DNA of 64,000 nucleotides, from NCBI GenBank assembly GCA_048941265.1, contig JBHLNT010000007.1, positions 1 through 64,000 on the forward strand, given 5' to 3'. The stretch is from Promethearchaeota archaeon (lineage in GTDB: Archaea; Asgardarchaeota; Lokiarchaeia; Sigyniarchaeales; SOKP01). The notes below the pieces were generated by a model that saw only the letters and a list, made by a program, of their open reading frames with translations, did not search any database and had not been told where the DNA came from. Below, piece by piece: positions 32,265 to 42,171 of the stretch. A program made the position numbers and the translations under genes. The number at the start of each line of letters is the position of its first letter. Within the stretch, counting starts at the first letter, position 1.

Positions 32265-33542
32265 ATGTCAGAACATAAGAATAATGAAATTTTAAGATCT
32301 AAAGGTTATTTCAGATATTTGATCTTTATATTAATACTTGCAAATATAGTTGATAGCTATGTTACAATTGTGAATGGAATGTTTCCCTCAAAAATTGCGG
32401 AGGAATTTTTAAGCGGCTATTCAACTAACGAACAAAACGCTCTTATGGCTATAGGGGCAAGTATCGCAAGCATGGGGTATTATTTTATTTTTGTGAATCT
32501 ATATTTAGCAGATAAAATTGGCAGAAAAAAAGTACTAGCTTATACAATAATCGGTATTGCCTTATCATGCTTAATGATGATACTTTCTACCAATTTCTGG
32601 CAATATGTTTTTTTTTGGGCACTATTGTATTTATTTTTCAGTTCAGATCTATGGGCAATTTATATAAATGAAGAATCAATAAAAGAAAAACGTGCTTTTT
32701 ATCAATATATAATTCTGATTGGAGGTTTAATCGGACCAGTATTAGCAATAATTTTACGTTCTATTTTTATCACAGAAACAAGGTCAGACTGGAGAGTATT
32801 ATTAATAATTCCAATCCTAATAGGAATCCCGTTATCTATTATTGTGTTATTTACACTGAAAGAGACTTCAATATTTCAATTAATGAAAAAAGATCCCTCC
32901 CTCATTGAAAAACGGTCGTTCAGGGAAGATTTAAAAGCAATTTTTAGAACAGATCAACGAAAAGCATACATTTCACTTTTAATTATAACCCTAGTCTTTG
33001 GAGCTGCAACAATATGGAGAAATTTATTTGAAAAATATATAACAGATGTAGGAATATTAACTCAGACTCAAATAAGTATTGTTTTTATATGGACTGTCCT
33101 AGCTGTTTTAATTGCTTTTCTTATTAATGGTTTACTCGCAGATAGAATTGGGAGGAAACCTTTAGTGTACCTGTGGTCATGTTTATTGCCCGTAGGAGTA
33201 ATGATCTGGGTTGTAGGTGCTCATGATCCGCAAAATGCTTTTATTATAGTACAAATAGGATTTGCCTTAATGCATGTATGCTTTTGGGGATTATTAACAA
33301 TTCTTAGTCTTATAACTATAGAAACGCTCCCAACCGACAGAAGAGCATCGGGTGTGGGGCTTAGATGGTTATTTTTTGCTATTGGCACTACACTTGGTCT
33401 ATTACTAAGCAGTATAGTCATTCTATTTTTAGGTTTAGGGATAGCTTTTATTATTTTCATATTGACAATGTATATTATAGCACCATTAACCTACTTGAGC
33501 TTAAAGGAAACGAAAGGGATAGAACTGAGCGAAATTAAATAA
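32265..33542 (+). CDS. MFS transporter
   Basis: LADKIGRK and LADRIGRK motifs, PTDRRA, KETKG; about 12 TM. Confidence 0.92.
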   Translation: MSEHKNNEILRSKGYFRYLIFILILANIVDSYVTIVNGMFPSKIAEEFLSGYSTNEQNALMAIGASIASMGYYFIFVNLYLADKIGRKKVLAYTIIGIALSCLMMILSTNFWQYVFFWALLYLFFSSDLWAIYINEESIKEKRAFYQYIILIGGLIGPVLAIILRSIFITETRSDWRVLLIIPILIGIPLSIIVLFTLKETSIFQLMKKDPSLIEKRSFREDLKAIFRTDQRKAYISLLIITLVFGAATIWRNLFEKYITDVGILTQTQISIVFIWTVLAVLIAFLINGLLADRIGRKPLVYLWSCLLPVGVMIWVVGAHDPQNAFIIVQIGFALMHVCFWGLLTILSLITIETLPTDRRASGVGLRWLFFAIGTTLGLLLSSIVILFLGLGIAFIIFILTMYIIAPLTYLSLKETKGIELSEIK

Positions 33543-33684
33543 TGTTAAAAAAAATTATTTTTTTTAACCTCTAAATCTCTCAAAAATTAAAGTTTTAGAT
33601 GATCTTCTTGAAGAGTACGAATCTTCACACTATCTTTAAATGAAATGAATTATTTTCCTATTCAAACATAATCGAAAATATTGA

Positions 33685-33708
33685 TCCTTCAAATTTTTGA
33701 TTGAGGGA
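33685..33708 (+). promoter_or_regulatory. Inverted repeat/hairpin just upstream of the FrhB-like gene
   Basis: TCCTTCAA-N8-TTGAGGGA, an 8-bp stem with one G-U pair. Confidence 0.3.
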
Positions 33709-33730
33709 CAATTTTGGAGCATGAAATAAG

Positions 33731-34669
33731 TTGAAAGTTGAAAAATGTTCACAAGATTTAGAAAATGAAGTAATTTATGCGGGCCTTTGTATCCACTGTG
33801 GATCGTGCAATGCTTTTTGCCCACACATGGATTTCAACAAGGAAACTGGAGAAGCTTATGTAGTTGATGAATGTACAGAAACAATAGGACTATGTTATAA
33901 TGCGTGTCCAAGAAGTTTTTTACCAGTGAGAGAAATTGAACAGGCCTTATTTGGCCAAACTCGTACTGATTTAGCAATTGGGGTTTATAAGGACATAATT
34001 ATAGTGAAATCAAAAAATAAAGATGAAATTTTATACAACCTTATATCAGCTGCATTTGAGAAGGGTATTATTAAACATTTAGTTATAGGAAAACCTAAAA
34101 GTAAGAAGCCTCCCGTAGCATTCCCCGAAGTAGTTGATAGCGCAAAAGATGCAAAGTCATTAATCCCTAAGGCTTCTATGGACAATGCTGGACCATTAAT
34201 TACTGGAATTGGTAAAGCATATTTGGATAAAAAAAAAGATATAGGTATTATTGCAAATCCATGTCATTTGCAAGGTTTAGCAAAGATTCTTGTAAGTGAC
34301 TTTAATACGGGAGCTGAAAGAACTTCATTAAGAATAGCACATGCATGCTCTTCAGGTGGCATGGCGGGATGTAAGTATTGTACAGATTTTTCAGGAGAAT
34401 TTTCAGACATATCTTATTCTCCAATGGGTGCTCCTAAAGGAGAAGCAATGTTGATTATAAGAACTGATATTGGTCAACAGGTAGTTGACGCTGCAAAAGA
34501 GATGAAACTAATAGAAGTGACAAATGAAAATCCTGAGCTTAGTGCAATGAAAAATTTTATTAATAAAAAGCGTAAGAAGAATTTCAGAAATCTCATGGGT
34601 AAAGATTTAGTAACTGCAAAATATTTAAAGCTAAATATTGAAGAAATCAGAGAACTTCTTGAGGACTGA
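33731..34669 (+). CDS. Ferredoxin + FrhB/FdhB/FpoF-like protein (F420 hydrogenase beta family), divergent
   Basis: LENEVIYAGLCIHCGSCNAFCP, LCYNACPR, ANPCHLQG, GCKYCTDFSGEFSDIS, IIRTDIG. Confidence 0.85.
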   Translation: MKVEKCSQDLENEVIYAGLCIHCGSCNAFCPHMDFNKETGEAYVVDECTETIGLCYNACPRSFLPVREIEQALFGQTRTDLAIGVYKDIIIVKSKNKDEILYNLISAAFEKGIIKHLVIGKPKSKKPPVAFPEVVDSAKDAKSLIPKASMDNAGPLITGIGKAYLDKKKDIGIIANPCHLQGLAKILVSDFNTGAERTSLRIAHACSSGGMAGCKYCTDFSGEFSDISYSPMGAPKGEAMLIIRTDIGQQVVDAAKEMKLIEVTNENPELSAMKNFINKKRKKNFRNLMGKDLVTAKYLKLNIEEIRELLED

Positions 34670-34737
34670 CAAATATCCATCTTTTTTTTCCTTTTTTTTA
34701 TTAATAAGAATTCTGATTTTTACTTAATTGCCCTAAT

Positions 34738-35268
34738 TTAAGTAATTTTTTTTTCCAATATCCCCTCTGTTAATTTCTGAAAAATAAGTTGATTATTTTC
34801 ACCTGATTTAGATGAGGTTTCAAAGAAGTAATCAATTTTAAACTTATCTTGAAATTGTTTTACATCGTTAAAATCAATAACTCTTCTATCAGCTAAATCT
34901 AACTTACAACCTACTAATACAAACACAGGATTGGCAGCATTATCTCTCACAATATTATACCATTCAATTAAATTCTCGAAACTATGATATCTGGTAATAT
35001 CATAGCAAAGAACACAACCCAATGCTCCTCGAGCATAATTTGGTAAGAAAAACCGAAATCGCTTCTCTCCAGCAAAATCCCATATTTGTAATTTCGCAGA
35101 ACCTTTATCTCCCATATCAATTTGGATAGAGGCTAAGTCTGTCCCTATCGTAATTTTTTGAGGTATAAATAGTCCTGTTGTTAGTCTTTTAACCATTGTC
35201 GATTTTCCTACACCACCATCACCGACAACAATTACCTTAAACAGCAATTGTCGAGACATTGTACTCAT
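34738..35268 (-). CDS. Rab/Ras-like small GTPase
   Basis: FKVIVVGDGGVGKST, TIG, LQIWDFAGE, GCKLD, ETSSK; no C-terminal prenylation Cys. Confidence 0.92.
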   Translation of the reverse strand: MSTMSRQLLFKVIVVGDGGVGKSTMVKRLTTGLFIPQKITIGTDLASIQIDMGDKGSAKLQIWDFAGEKRFRFFLPNYARGALGCVLCYDITRYHSFENLIEWYNIVRDNAANPVFVLVGCKLDLADRRVIDFNDVKQFQDKFKIDYFFETSSKSGENNQLIFQKLTEGILEKKIT

Positions 35269-35304
35269 CTAATTTAATAGTTATAGTTATTAATATATAA
35301 ATTC

Positions 35305-36183
35305 TTATTCCAATCTTAGCTTTTTTTTAAAATTTTCATTTAACAATATAAGGTGTTCTAAAATTTTGTTTTGAGTTAATTCAGGTAATGAACTTAAGAT
35401 TTTTTCTAATTTTTCTCTGTTAAAATCATTAATATCCCTATAATTAATGATTAAAAAGGCAATACTAATAATAGGTGGTGTGGCTATGAAAACATAGATC
35501 ATAAATGATAATTTAATTGGTTCTGAATTTTCAAAACCTGTCCCTGGTAAGCTATATTCAAATCCCGGCATAATATTATCGAAAAATGACAAAGCAAATA
35601 AGATGTTTAATATATTCAAAATTATAAAAACTAAAAAATTAATAATAGAAATTATTTTAAAACTTTTCATTTTGAGGAAAGAAATCACATTATCTAAATT
35701 ATTATGATCTTTTCCAGAATTTTTAGGATCAACACTTTCTAACTTTATCTCTATCTTACTATATTTCCATAAATCAATAAACACTGAATAAAAACCAAAT
35801 GTGTAAAAAAATATAAATATTGAAATGAAATAGATGAAATAATTATCAATTAACTGGGGATGATAAAGCGATTCTGCCCCAAACCAGAATAATAAAATAA
35901 TTTGAATGAGCGCACTAAAGTTTAATCTATGAGAAGAAACTTTTTCTGATCCTAAAGGATTGTAAATAATGAGATTATCGTCAGTGTTGCTTTTTTGTCT
36001 TATAGTATCGATCATTTTAAAAAGTAAGGCAAAAACGAAAGTAATAAGAGGAAATAGAAGTAAAAGTATATTATCCCAGTCTTGGGCAATGACAAGAATG
36101 AACAAGAATGAAAATAGAACTAAATCTCGCAAAAAACTTTCAGAAATCAAATCTTTAAACTGTGGCTTATTTTTAATGCTCAT
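35305..36183 (-). CDS. Membrane protein, unknown function
   Basis: About six hydrophobic segments; ESLYHPQL motif. Confidence 0.7.
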   Translation of the reverse strand: MSIKNKPQFKDLISESFLRDLVLFSFLFILVIAQDWDNILLLLFPLITFVFALLFKMIDTIRQKSNTDDNLIIYNPLGSEKVSSHRLNFSALIQIILLFWFGAESLYHPQLIDNYFIYFISIFIFFYTFGFYSVFIDLWKYSKIEIKLESVDPKNSGKDHNNLDNVISFLKMKSFKIISIINFLVFIILNILNILFALSFFDNIMPGFEYSLPGTGFENSEPIKLSFMIYVFIATPPIISIAFLIINYRDINDFNREKLEKILSSLPELTQNKILEHLILLNENFKKKLRLE

Positions 36184-36275
36184 TTTTTAATAGAATTATC
36201 TAAATAAATTAAGGTTTATAGATATAATTTTTATCCATTAGAATAATTAAATCTCTTAAAAATGAATTAAAGTCT

Positions 36276-36674
36276 TCAAACATTTTCGGATGATAATTTA
36301 CCAATATAATTTACAGAGGTTCTTTTTTTCCCGATTTTTGTGAATTTAAATTGAATTTTTTTTCTAATCTCTCGACTATAGAGTGCTGTGATCAATAAAA
36401 CAATAGCAAGAAGAATTACTAATAAATAAAGTTGAAAGTATAACAAAATAATTAAAATAATGATTTGTATCCCTACTAAAAAACTATAGATTCTTAATAA
36501 GAAGTTCATAAAAAATCTAGTATATACAAATAATCCCTTTTTATAATGATTAATATTTAGAGCTTTAAGTTCGGATTCAATATGTTTCTGAGCTTTTATC
36601 TCTCCATCTGAACCTGGTAAAAGAGGAAAAGAGAGTTTTTTTACAAATTCTTCACAAGCGAATCTATTATTCAT
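36276..36674 (-). pseudogene. N-terminal fragment of a membrane M28-family peptidase
   Basis: LSFPLLPGSDGEIKAQKHIESEL resembles the M28 N-terminal (R-x-x-GS/T-x-GE-x-x-A) motif; two TMs; SVNYIGKL; stops before any AHxD catalytic motif. Confidence 0.6.
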
Positions 36675-36796
36675 ATTAACATATTGCCTGTTTTTTTTTT
36701 TAAAAATAATCTTAATAATTAAACTTTTATAGTCCTTATTAATTTATAAAGGGTCAATCAGCTAATATATTATAATCAAATTTAACGTAAAATACT

Positions 36797-38983
36797 ATGA
36801 AATTTTGTCCCGACTGTCAAAATCTTTTATATCCTATGAAAAAAGGTCTATATTGTAAATTTTGCCATAATTTTTTTAACAATAAAGATGGTAATTTAAA
36901 AGAAGAAGTAAAAAGCATAACTATTAATAAAAGTAAACTTAATATGAATGATTTATCGAGCGAAATAAAAGGTAAAAAAAAAAATAATATAAAATTACCT
37001 AAAAATATGAATTATTTACATTTCTTTCCTTACGAGCAATTTAGAGAATCCCAGGAAAATATTATTAAAGAGATTGAAATAAACGCAAGGTCTAAAAAGA
37101 TTGTTTTATTAGTCGCCCCAAATGGTACTGGAAAAACTATTATTGCTTTAAGTAGTCTTCTTCCCCTTGCTATTGAAAATGATCTGAAAATAGTCTATCT
37201 TTGCCGTACCCATTCTCAAAATACAAGAGTTATCAAAGAATTAATTAAAATTTCAAATTTTATTAATTTGAACGAAATAAAGGGTGCCAAAATAAATGGA
37301 TTGTCAATAAGGGGAAGAAATGAAATGTGTCTAAATAAAACATTATTATCGTTGAAATTAAATCCTCGGGAATCAATGGCCGTTTGCAGAGACTTAAGAA
37401 AAAACAGAAATTGCACTTATTTTTTGAATTTATTGAAAAAAAGGGATGAATTTGACAAACCTGTACTAATAGCTCCAAAACTTTTTGAAAATCCCATTGA
37501 TGCTGAAGATCTTATTAATTTTTGTAACAATAATAAGATCTGTCCTTATTTTTTATCTAAATTCCTTTTAGAAGAAATGAGAGTAATTATTTGTAATTAT
37601 AATTGGATTTTTAATCCGTTTATACGAGAGTCTTTTTTAAAATTTATAGGGCGCGAAATTGATAAATGTATTTTAGTAATTGATGAGTGTCATAATATTA
37701 TTGATGTGGCAACGGATGTTAATTCAGAAAGAATAACACCATATTCATTAAGAATTTGTTTGAAAGATTTAGAAATGTATCAATCCCCTGTCTTAATGCA
37801 AAGTTTCGTTAATATCTTATATGATCACCTTAATAAAAAGAAAGAAGTTTTAAAAATAGAGGAAAAGGCAATAGTTCCAGACATTCTTTTAGAAAAAATG
37901 TATAAAAAGCTTGGTTTAGCCGATTTAAACGAATTTGAAAATTTTATTAAAGATCTACACGAGTTTAGCATAGCAATCCACGAGGAAAAACTAGCCAATG
38001 GTGAAATTTCGAGAGATTTTGTAGGGGCATTAGCAGAATTTTGGTTAAAATGGATTAAAGTTTATTCATTAGAGAATTATTTTTTTTGTTATAATATCCA
38101 AAAATTAAAAGAAAAAGCTAATATAGCAATTGAAATAGTTGCATTAGATCCCAGGGAAATTGCCATACCGATTTTGAAAAATTGTTATTCCTGTTTAAAT
38201 CTTTCCGGAACAGTTAATCCATATGTTTTTAATAATTTAATGGGTTTACATGAAAGTGGGAAGGGTTTTAAAGGAATTATTGCAGATTCACCATTTAAAA
38301 AGCAAAATATCAAAGCAATTATTACCGAAGGTGTAGATACTAAAAGAGAAAGTAGAAATACTCATATGTATAAAAAGATGATAAATAAAATCAATGAGGT
38401 TTTATATTGTACCCCCGCTAATGTCGGCATATTTTGCGCCTCATATAAAATTTTAAAGGGTTTGCTTGAAAATGATCTTGAAATCACAGTACAGAAAAAT
38501 AATAAAAAATTGTTTGTTGAAGAACCTGGATTATCTGCTTCAGAAAATGCTTTTTTAGTAAATGATTTTAAATCAATGGCTAGTAATCATGAAAATGGCG
38601 CTGTTTTATTAGGAGTATGTGGGGGAAGGAATTCTGAGGGTGAAGATTATCCCGGAGATTTTATGAACTCCGTAATCATCGCTGGATTTCCATATCATTT
38701 ACCAACTCCTCGGGTCAATGCAAAAATAGAATATTATGATAGGGTTTTTAATAAACAGGGCTGGAATTTTGCTTATTTATATCCTGCCGTACAACGGGCA
38801 AATCAAGCGTCTGGTCGACCAATAAGAAAAATAGTTGACAAGGGTGCAATTATTTTCATGGATTCCCGATTTAAAGATAAACATAAATGGATCTCTGAAT
38901 GGATTCGAAAAGAGTTAGAAATTGTTCCCGATAAGCAGAATGCGATTATTCAACATTTATATCCATTTTGGAATTCTAGTTAA
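36797..38983 (+). CDS. xpd: XPD/Rad3 FeS-cluster DNA helicase with N-terminal zinc ribbon
   Basis: FPYEQFRESQ, APNGTGKT, four FeS Cys (MCL, VCR, NCTY, ICPY), DECH, SGT, SEGEDY, QASGRPIR. Confidence 0.93.
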   Translation: MKFCPDCQNLLYPMKKGLYCKFCHNFFNNKDGNLKEEVKSITINKSKLNMNDLSSEIKGKKKNNIKLPKNMNYLHFFPYEQFRESQENIIKEIEINARSKKIVLLVAPNGTGKTIIALSSLLPLAIENDLKIVYLCRTHSQNTRVIKELIKISNFINLNEIKGAKINGLSIRGRNEMCLNKTLLSLKLNPRESMAVCRDLRKNRNCTYFLNLLKKRDEFDKPVLIAPKLFENPIDAEDLINFCNNNKICPYFLSKFLLEEMRVIICNYNWIFNPFIRESFLKFIGREIDKCILVIDECHNIIDVATDVNSERITPYSLRICLKDLEMYQSPVLMQSFVNILYDHLNKKKEVLKIEEKAIVPDILLEKMYKKLGLADLNEFENFIKDLHEFSIAIHEEKLANGEISRDFVGALAEFWLKWIKVYSLENYFFCYNIQKLKEKANIAIEIVALDPREIAIPILKNCYSCLNLSGTVNPYVFNNLMGLHESGKGFKGIIADSPFKKQNIKAIITEGVDTKRESRNTHMYKKMINKINEVLYCTPANVGIFCASYKILKGLLENDLEITVQKNNKKLFVEEPGLSASENAFLVNDFKSMASNHENGAVLLGVCGGRNSEGEDYPGDFMNSVIIAGFPYHLPTPRVNAKIEYYDRVFNKQGWNFAYLYPAVQRANQASGRPIRKIVDKGAIIFMDSRFKDKHKWISEWIRKELEIVPDKQNAIIQHLYPFWNSS

Positions 38984-39042
38984 ATTTTCATTATGTAAAA
39001 TAATTAGAATTAAATTTTAGCTGATGAAAAATTCCTACATTG

Positions 39043-40830
39043 CTAATTTTTAATATGTAATTTCATGACTTTTTTATATAAATCATCCAGCTTTTTCGTG
39101 ACTATTTGCCACCTAAAATGCTCTTTAACTCTCCTATAACAGTTTTCTCTGATCTTATTATAATAATTTTTATCTGATAAGACTTGATTTTTAATAACTT
39201 TATCAGGTATACTATTTGCTACTGAAACATATTGATTGTCATTCATAGAATTGGAAATTTCCGCTAATTTAAAAATTGATATTAATGCTTCTGAAAATTG
39301 AATTGGATTATCCTTTTCAATCAATATCCCAGTTCCGTTTTCAGGATCCGTTCGAACATCTATAATTGACTCCTGTAAACCTCCAACTTTAGTAGCAATC
39401 ACAGGTAATTTTGAAGCCATTGCTTCTAATGCCATTATACCAAAAGGTTCCCATCGGGATAATGCGCAATATGCATTTGATCCAATATGAGCGATTTGAA
39501 AAATTTCTGCTGCGATTCCAAAGACAATCCGTAGATTATTGGGATATATTTTAACAAATTGAGCATACTCTTTAATTTCACTTAAACTATATTCTGTTGG
39601 AAGGATTAACAGTAAAAACTTTGCCTCAGGAATAACTTTTATCACTTCCGGAATTGCTTTAAGTATTGTATCAAAACCTTTTTGACGCGATATTCGTCCC
39701 GTTGCTATAATTAAAGGACCAGTTTTATCAAAAGACTTAACACCTCCATTTTTCATAAATGGATCTCTATGAGAAATCTCATTTATCGCGGCTAATACTT
39801 TTTCTGATTTAACTAAAGGACTCTGTTTTAGATGACTAATTTTATAAGTTAATAAATAATCTTTCATATGATTTCTAGTTATTAAAGACCGACTTGGAAT
39901 TTGTAGTACTTCACAAATCTCATTGCCCAGCTTATCAATTATATTTTTATAAGACTCGTCATAATCCCAATCACAACCATCCCAAACAAAATCAGATTTG
40001 AATTTAATTAAATCTTTGCCGAGATTAGGTATAATATCTGAATGCAAATAAGATTCACTTACAGTTGTAACCAAATCGGCAATAACAGCTCCTATCTTTT
40101 CTATTGTTGGAAGATTAGATTCTGCAGTTTCATTTTGAGGTTCCTGACACAATTTAAAAATTTCTTGAATGGTTAATAATTTGAAACCCTCATTTAAAAG
40201 AATCTTGATAGGACTTTTATCAATTCCACACGCATAAAAGTAGTCTAGTTTCTTTTTAGGGTAAGTTAATAGATGAATAGTTATTATTGATGGAACATCC
40301 AAATCATTCTTGATTAATTCTTGTTTAATACATATAAATGGTATTACAACATGATAATCATGCATATGAATGATATCCGGTATAGCTGTTTTATGATTAA
40401 TAATCAAATTTCTTACATAATCTCTCATTCCAATACTAAATAAAAGCATTTTCAAATCAAAAGTATCAGGATGATATACAATAGTATCATCTAAGTATTT
40501 GCTAGTGAAAGCATTCTCTCCTGCTAATAATATTATATTTATTCCATTTAATTTGCATTTAAAATAGGAAATCTCACAAATAATTTTTGATTCAGCCATT
40601 CCTAGGTGTTTAATATCAAATTCTTGTTTACAAATAAATGGTAGTTGCTCTAATTCTGTAGACTCTTTTAATCGCTCAATTTGTCCGTGAGAGGGAATAA
40701 AAACGGTGACTTCAAAATTTTCTTTTAAATATTTTGCTTGGTTAGCAGGAACTTCGCCAAGACCACCAACTTTGGCAACACCCGCGTATTCAAATGTAAA
40801 GATCCAGACTTTTTCTTTCTCTTCTGTCAA
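39043..40830 (-). CDS. glgA: Glycogen/starch synthase (GT5)
   Basis: KVGGLGEV, HMHDYH, TIH, TTVS, GRISRQKG, SRWEPFG, VGGL. Confidence 0.9.
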   Translation of the reverse strand: MTEEKEKVWIFTFEYAGVAKVGGLGEVPANQAKYLKENFEVTVFIPSHGQIERLKESTELEQLPFICKQEFDIKHLGMAESKIICEISYFKCKLNGINIILLAGENAFTSKYLDDTIVYHPDTFDLKMLLFSIGMRDYVRNLIINHKTAIPDIIHMHDYHVVIPFICIKQELIKNDLDVPSIITIHLLTYPKKKLDYFYACGIDKSPIKILLNEGFKLLTIQEIFKLCQEPQNETAESNLPTIEKIGAVIADLVTTVSESYLHSDIIPNLGKDLIKFKSDFVWDGCDWDYDESYKNIIDKLGNEICEVLQIPSRSLITRNHMKDYLLTYKISHLKQSPLVKSEKVLAAINEISHRDPFMKNGGVKSFDKTGPLIIATGRISRQKGFDTILKAIPEVIKVIPEAKFLLLILPTEYSLSEIKEYAQFVKIYPNNLRIVFGIAAEIFQIAHIGSNAYCALSRWEPFGIMALEAMASKLPVIATKVGGLQESIIDVRTDPENGTGILIEKDNPIQFSEALISIFKLAEISNSMNDNQYVSVANSIPDKVIKNQVLSDKNYYNKIRENCYRRVKEHFRWQIVTKKLDDLYKKVMKLHIKN

Positions 40831-40968
40831 TATTGTTCAATTTATCTCTAAAACTAAATAAATATACTAAACTTAGTTAAATAATAGTAATATTTTTTTT
40901 CAATTTTAATTAAAAGAAATTTAGGATTTTCATAAAATAAAATAATAAAGTAAAAATGGATAAGAATT

Positions 40969-42171
40969 ATGTGTGATACCTTTGTTAGTTTAGCAACAAC
41001 TTCAAAAGATAATACTGTAATTTTTGGTAAGAATAGTGATAGACTTAGTACTGAAGCTCAATTAATTACCTATGTTCCTCGAACTAAATATTCAAAGGGA
41101 GAAGAAGTTCAGTGCACTCATATAAACATTCCCCAAGTAGATGAAACCGCCGCAATTTTAATGAGTCAGCCGTATTGGATGTATGGGTGTGAAATGGGAG
41201 TTAATGAACATGGTGTAGCAATCGGTAATGAAGCAGTCGCTACTAAAGAGCCACTTAGACAAATAGGGCTTCTGGGAATGGATTTATTGAGACTTGGTTT
41301 AGAAAGAGGAAAGACAGCAAAAAATGCCTTAGAGATTATTATTAACTTATTAGAAAAATATGGACAAGGAGGGGCTCATAATAAAAAAGGATTAAACTAT
41401 CATAATTCTATGATTATCGCAGATCCTAAGGAAGCTTATGTTCTAGAAACAGCTGGAGAATGGTGGATTGTAGAGATTGTCAATGATTATCGTTCTATTT
41501 CAAATAATTTATCAATTCGGGGAAAGGGTGATATTCGAAAAAAAGGCATAATCCAACATGCAATAGAGAAAGGTTACTGTAAAGATGATAATGATTTTAA
41601 CTTCAAAATTATATTTTCTTCTTCTCCTTTATCTGAAATTTTTCCATTAGATAGTAGAGATGGGTGTTCATTAAACCAGCTGGCCCAAAATAAAGGTAGC
41701 ATAACACCTGGAATGATGATGAATTTTTTGAGAGAACATGATGTTGGAATATGCATGCATGGTCGAAGTGATCGATCAGTAGGATCCCAAGTATCCCATT
41801 TGAGAAAAAATAAACCGTCTATTCATTGGTTTACGGGCAGTACCATCCCTTGCCTTGGTATATTTAAACCGTATATCTTCCCAATTGGAGAAGAAAAGGT
41901 TTTAAAACCGGGGCCATATGCAAACATAAATCCAGAGTGGTTTTGGAGTCGGCATGATAATTTTGTAAAAGATCTCGCTAAAAAACCTAAAATGAATAAA
42001 CCTGAAAGAAATATCTATTATGAAAAGCTTAGAAACGTTGAAAATGATATAATAGAGAGGGTTGATGCAGTTATTCAGAAAGAAGATTCCTTATCAAATA
42101 GGGGGTTCATAGATAAAATTAAAGAGATCAATGAAGAAGCATGGAAAAAGTCAGAAGAGATGATTGAATAA
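40969..42171 (+). CDS. Secernin/C69 dipeptidase family Ntn hydrolase
   Basis: N-terminal MCDTFV, FGKNSDR, EMGVNEHGVAIGNEA, GMDLLRLGLERG. Confidence 0.92.
   Translation: MCDTFVSLATTSKDNTVIFGKNSDRLSTEAQLITYVPRTKYSKGEEVQCTHINIPQVDETAAILMSQPYWMYGCEMGVNEHGVAIGNEAVATKEPLRQIGLLGMDLLRLGLERGKTAKNALEIIINLLEKYGQGGAHNKKGLNYHNSMIIADPKEAYVLETAGEWWIVEIVNDYRSISNNLSIRGKGDIRKKGIIQHAIEKGYCKDDNDFNFKIIFSSSPLSEIFPLDSRDGCSLNQLAQNKGSITPGMMMNFLREHDVGICMHGRSDRSVGSQVSHLRKNKPSIHWFTGSTIPCLGIFKPYIFPIGEEKVLKPGPYANINPEWFWSRHDNFVKDLAKKPKMNKPERNIYYEKLRNVENDIIERVDAVIQKEDSLSNRGFIDKIKEINEEAWKKSEEMIE

Noticed and set aside
36270-36278. Selenocysteine read-through of the TGA ending the M28 fragment
   Set aside because: A TAA follows after two codons and there is no redox motif context.
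38940-38983. PIP box at the XPD C-terminus (IQHLYPFW)
   Set aside because: Gln spacing does not fit, and XPD-family proteins commonly end in an aromatic helix.
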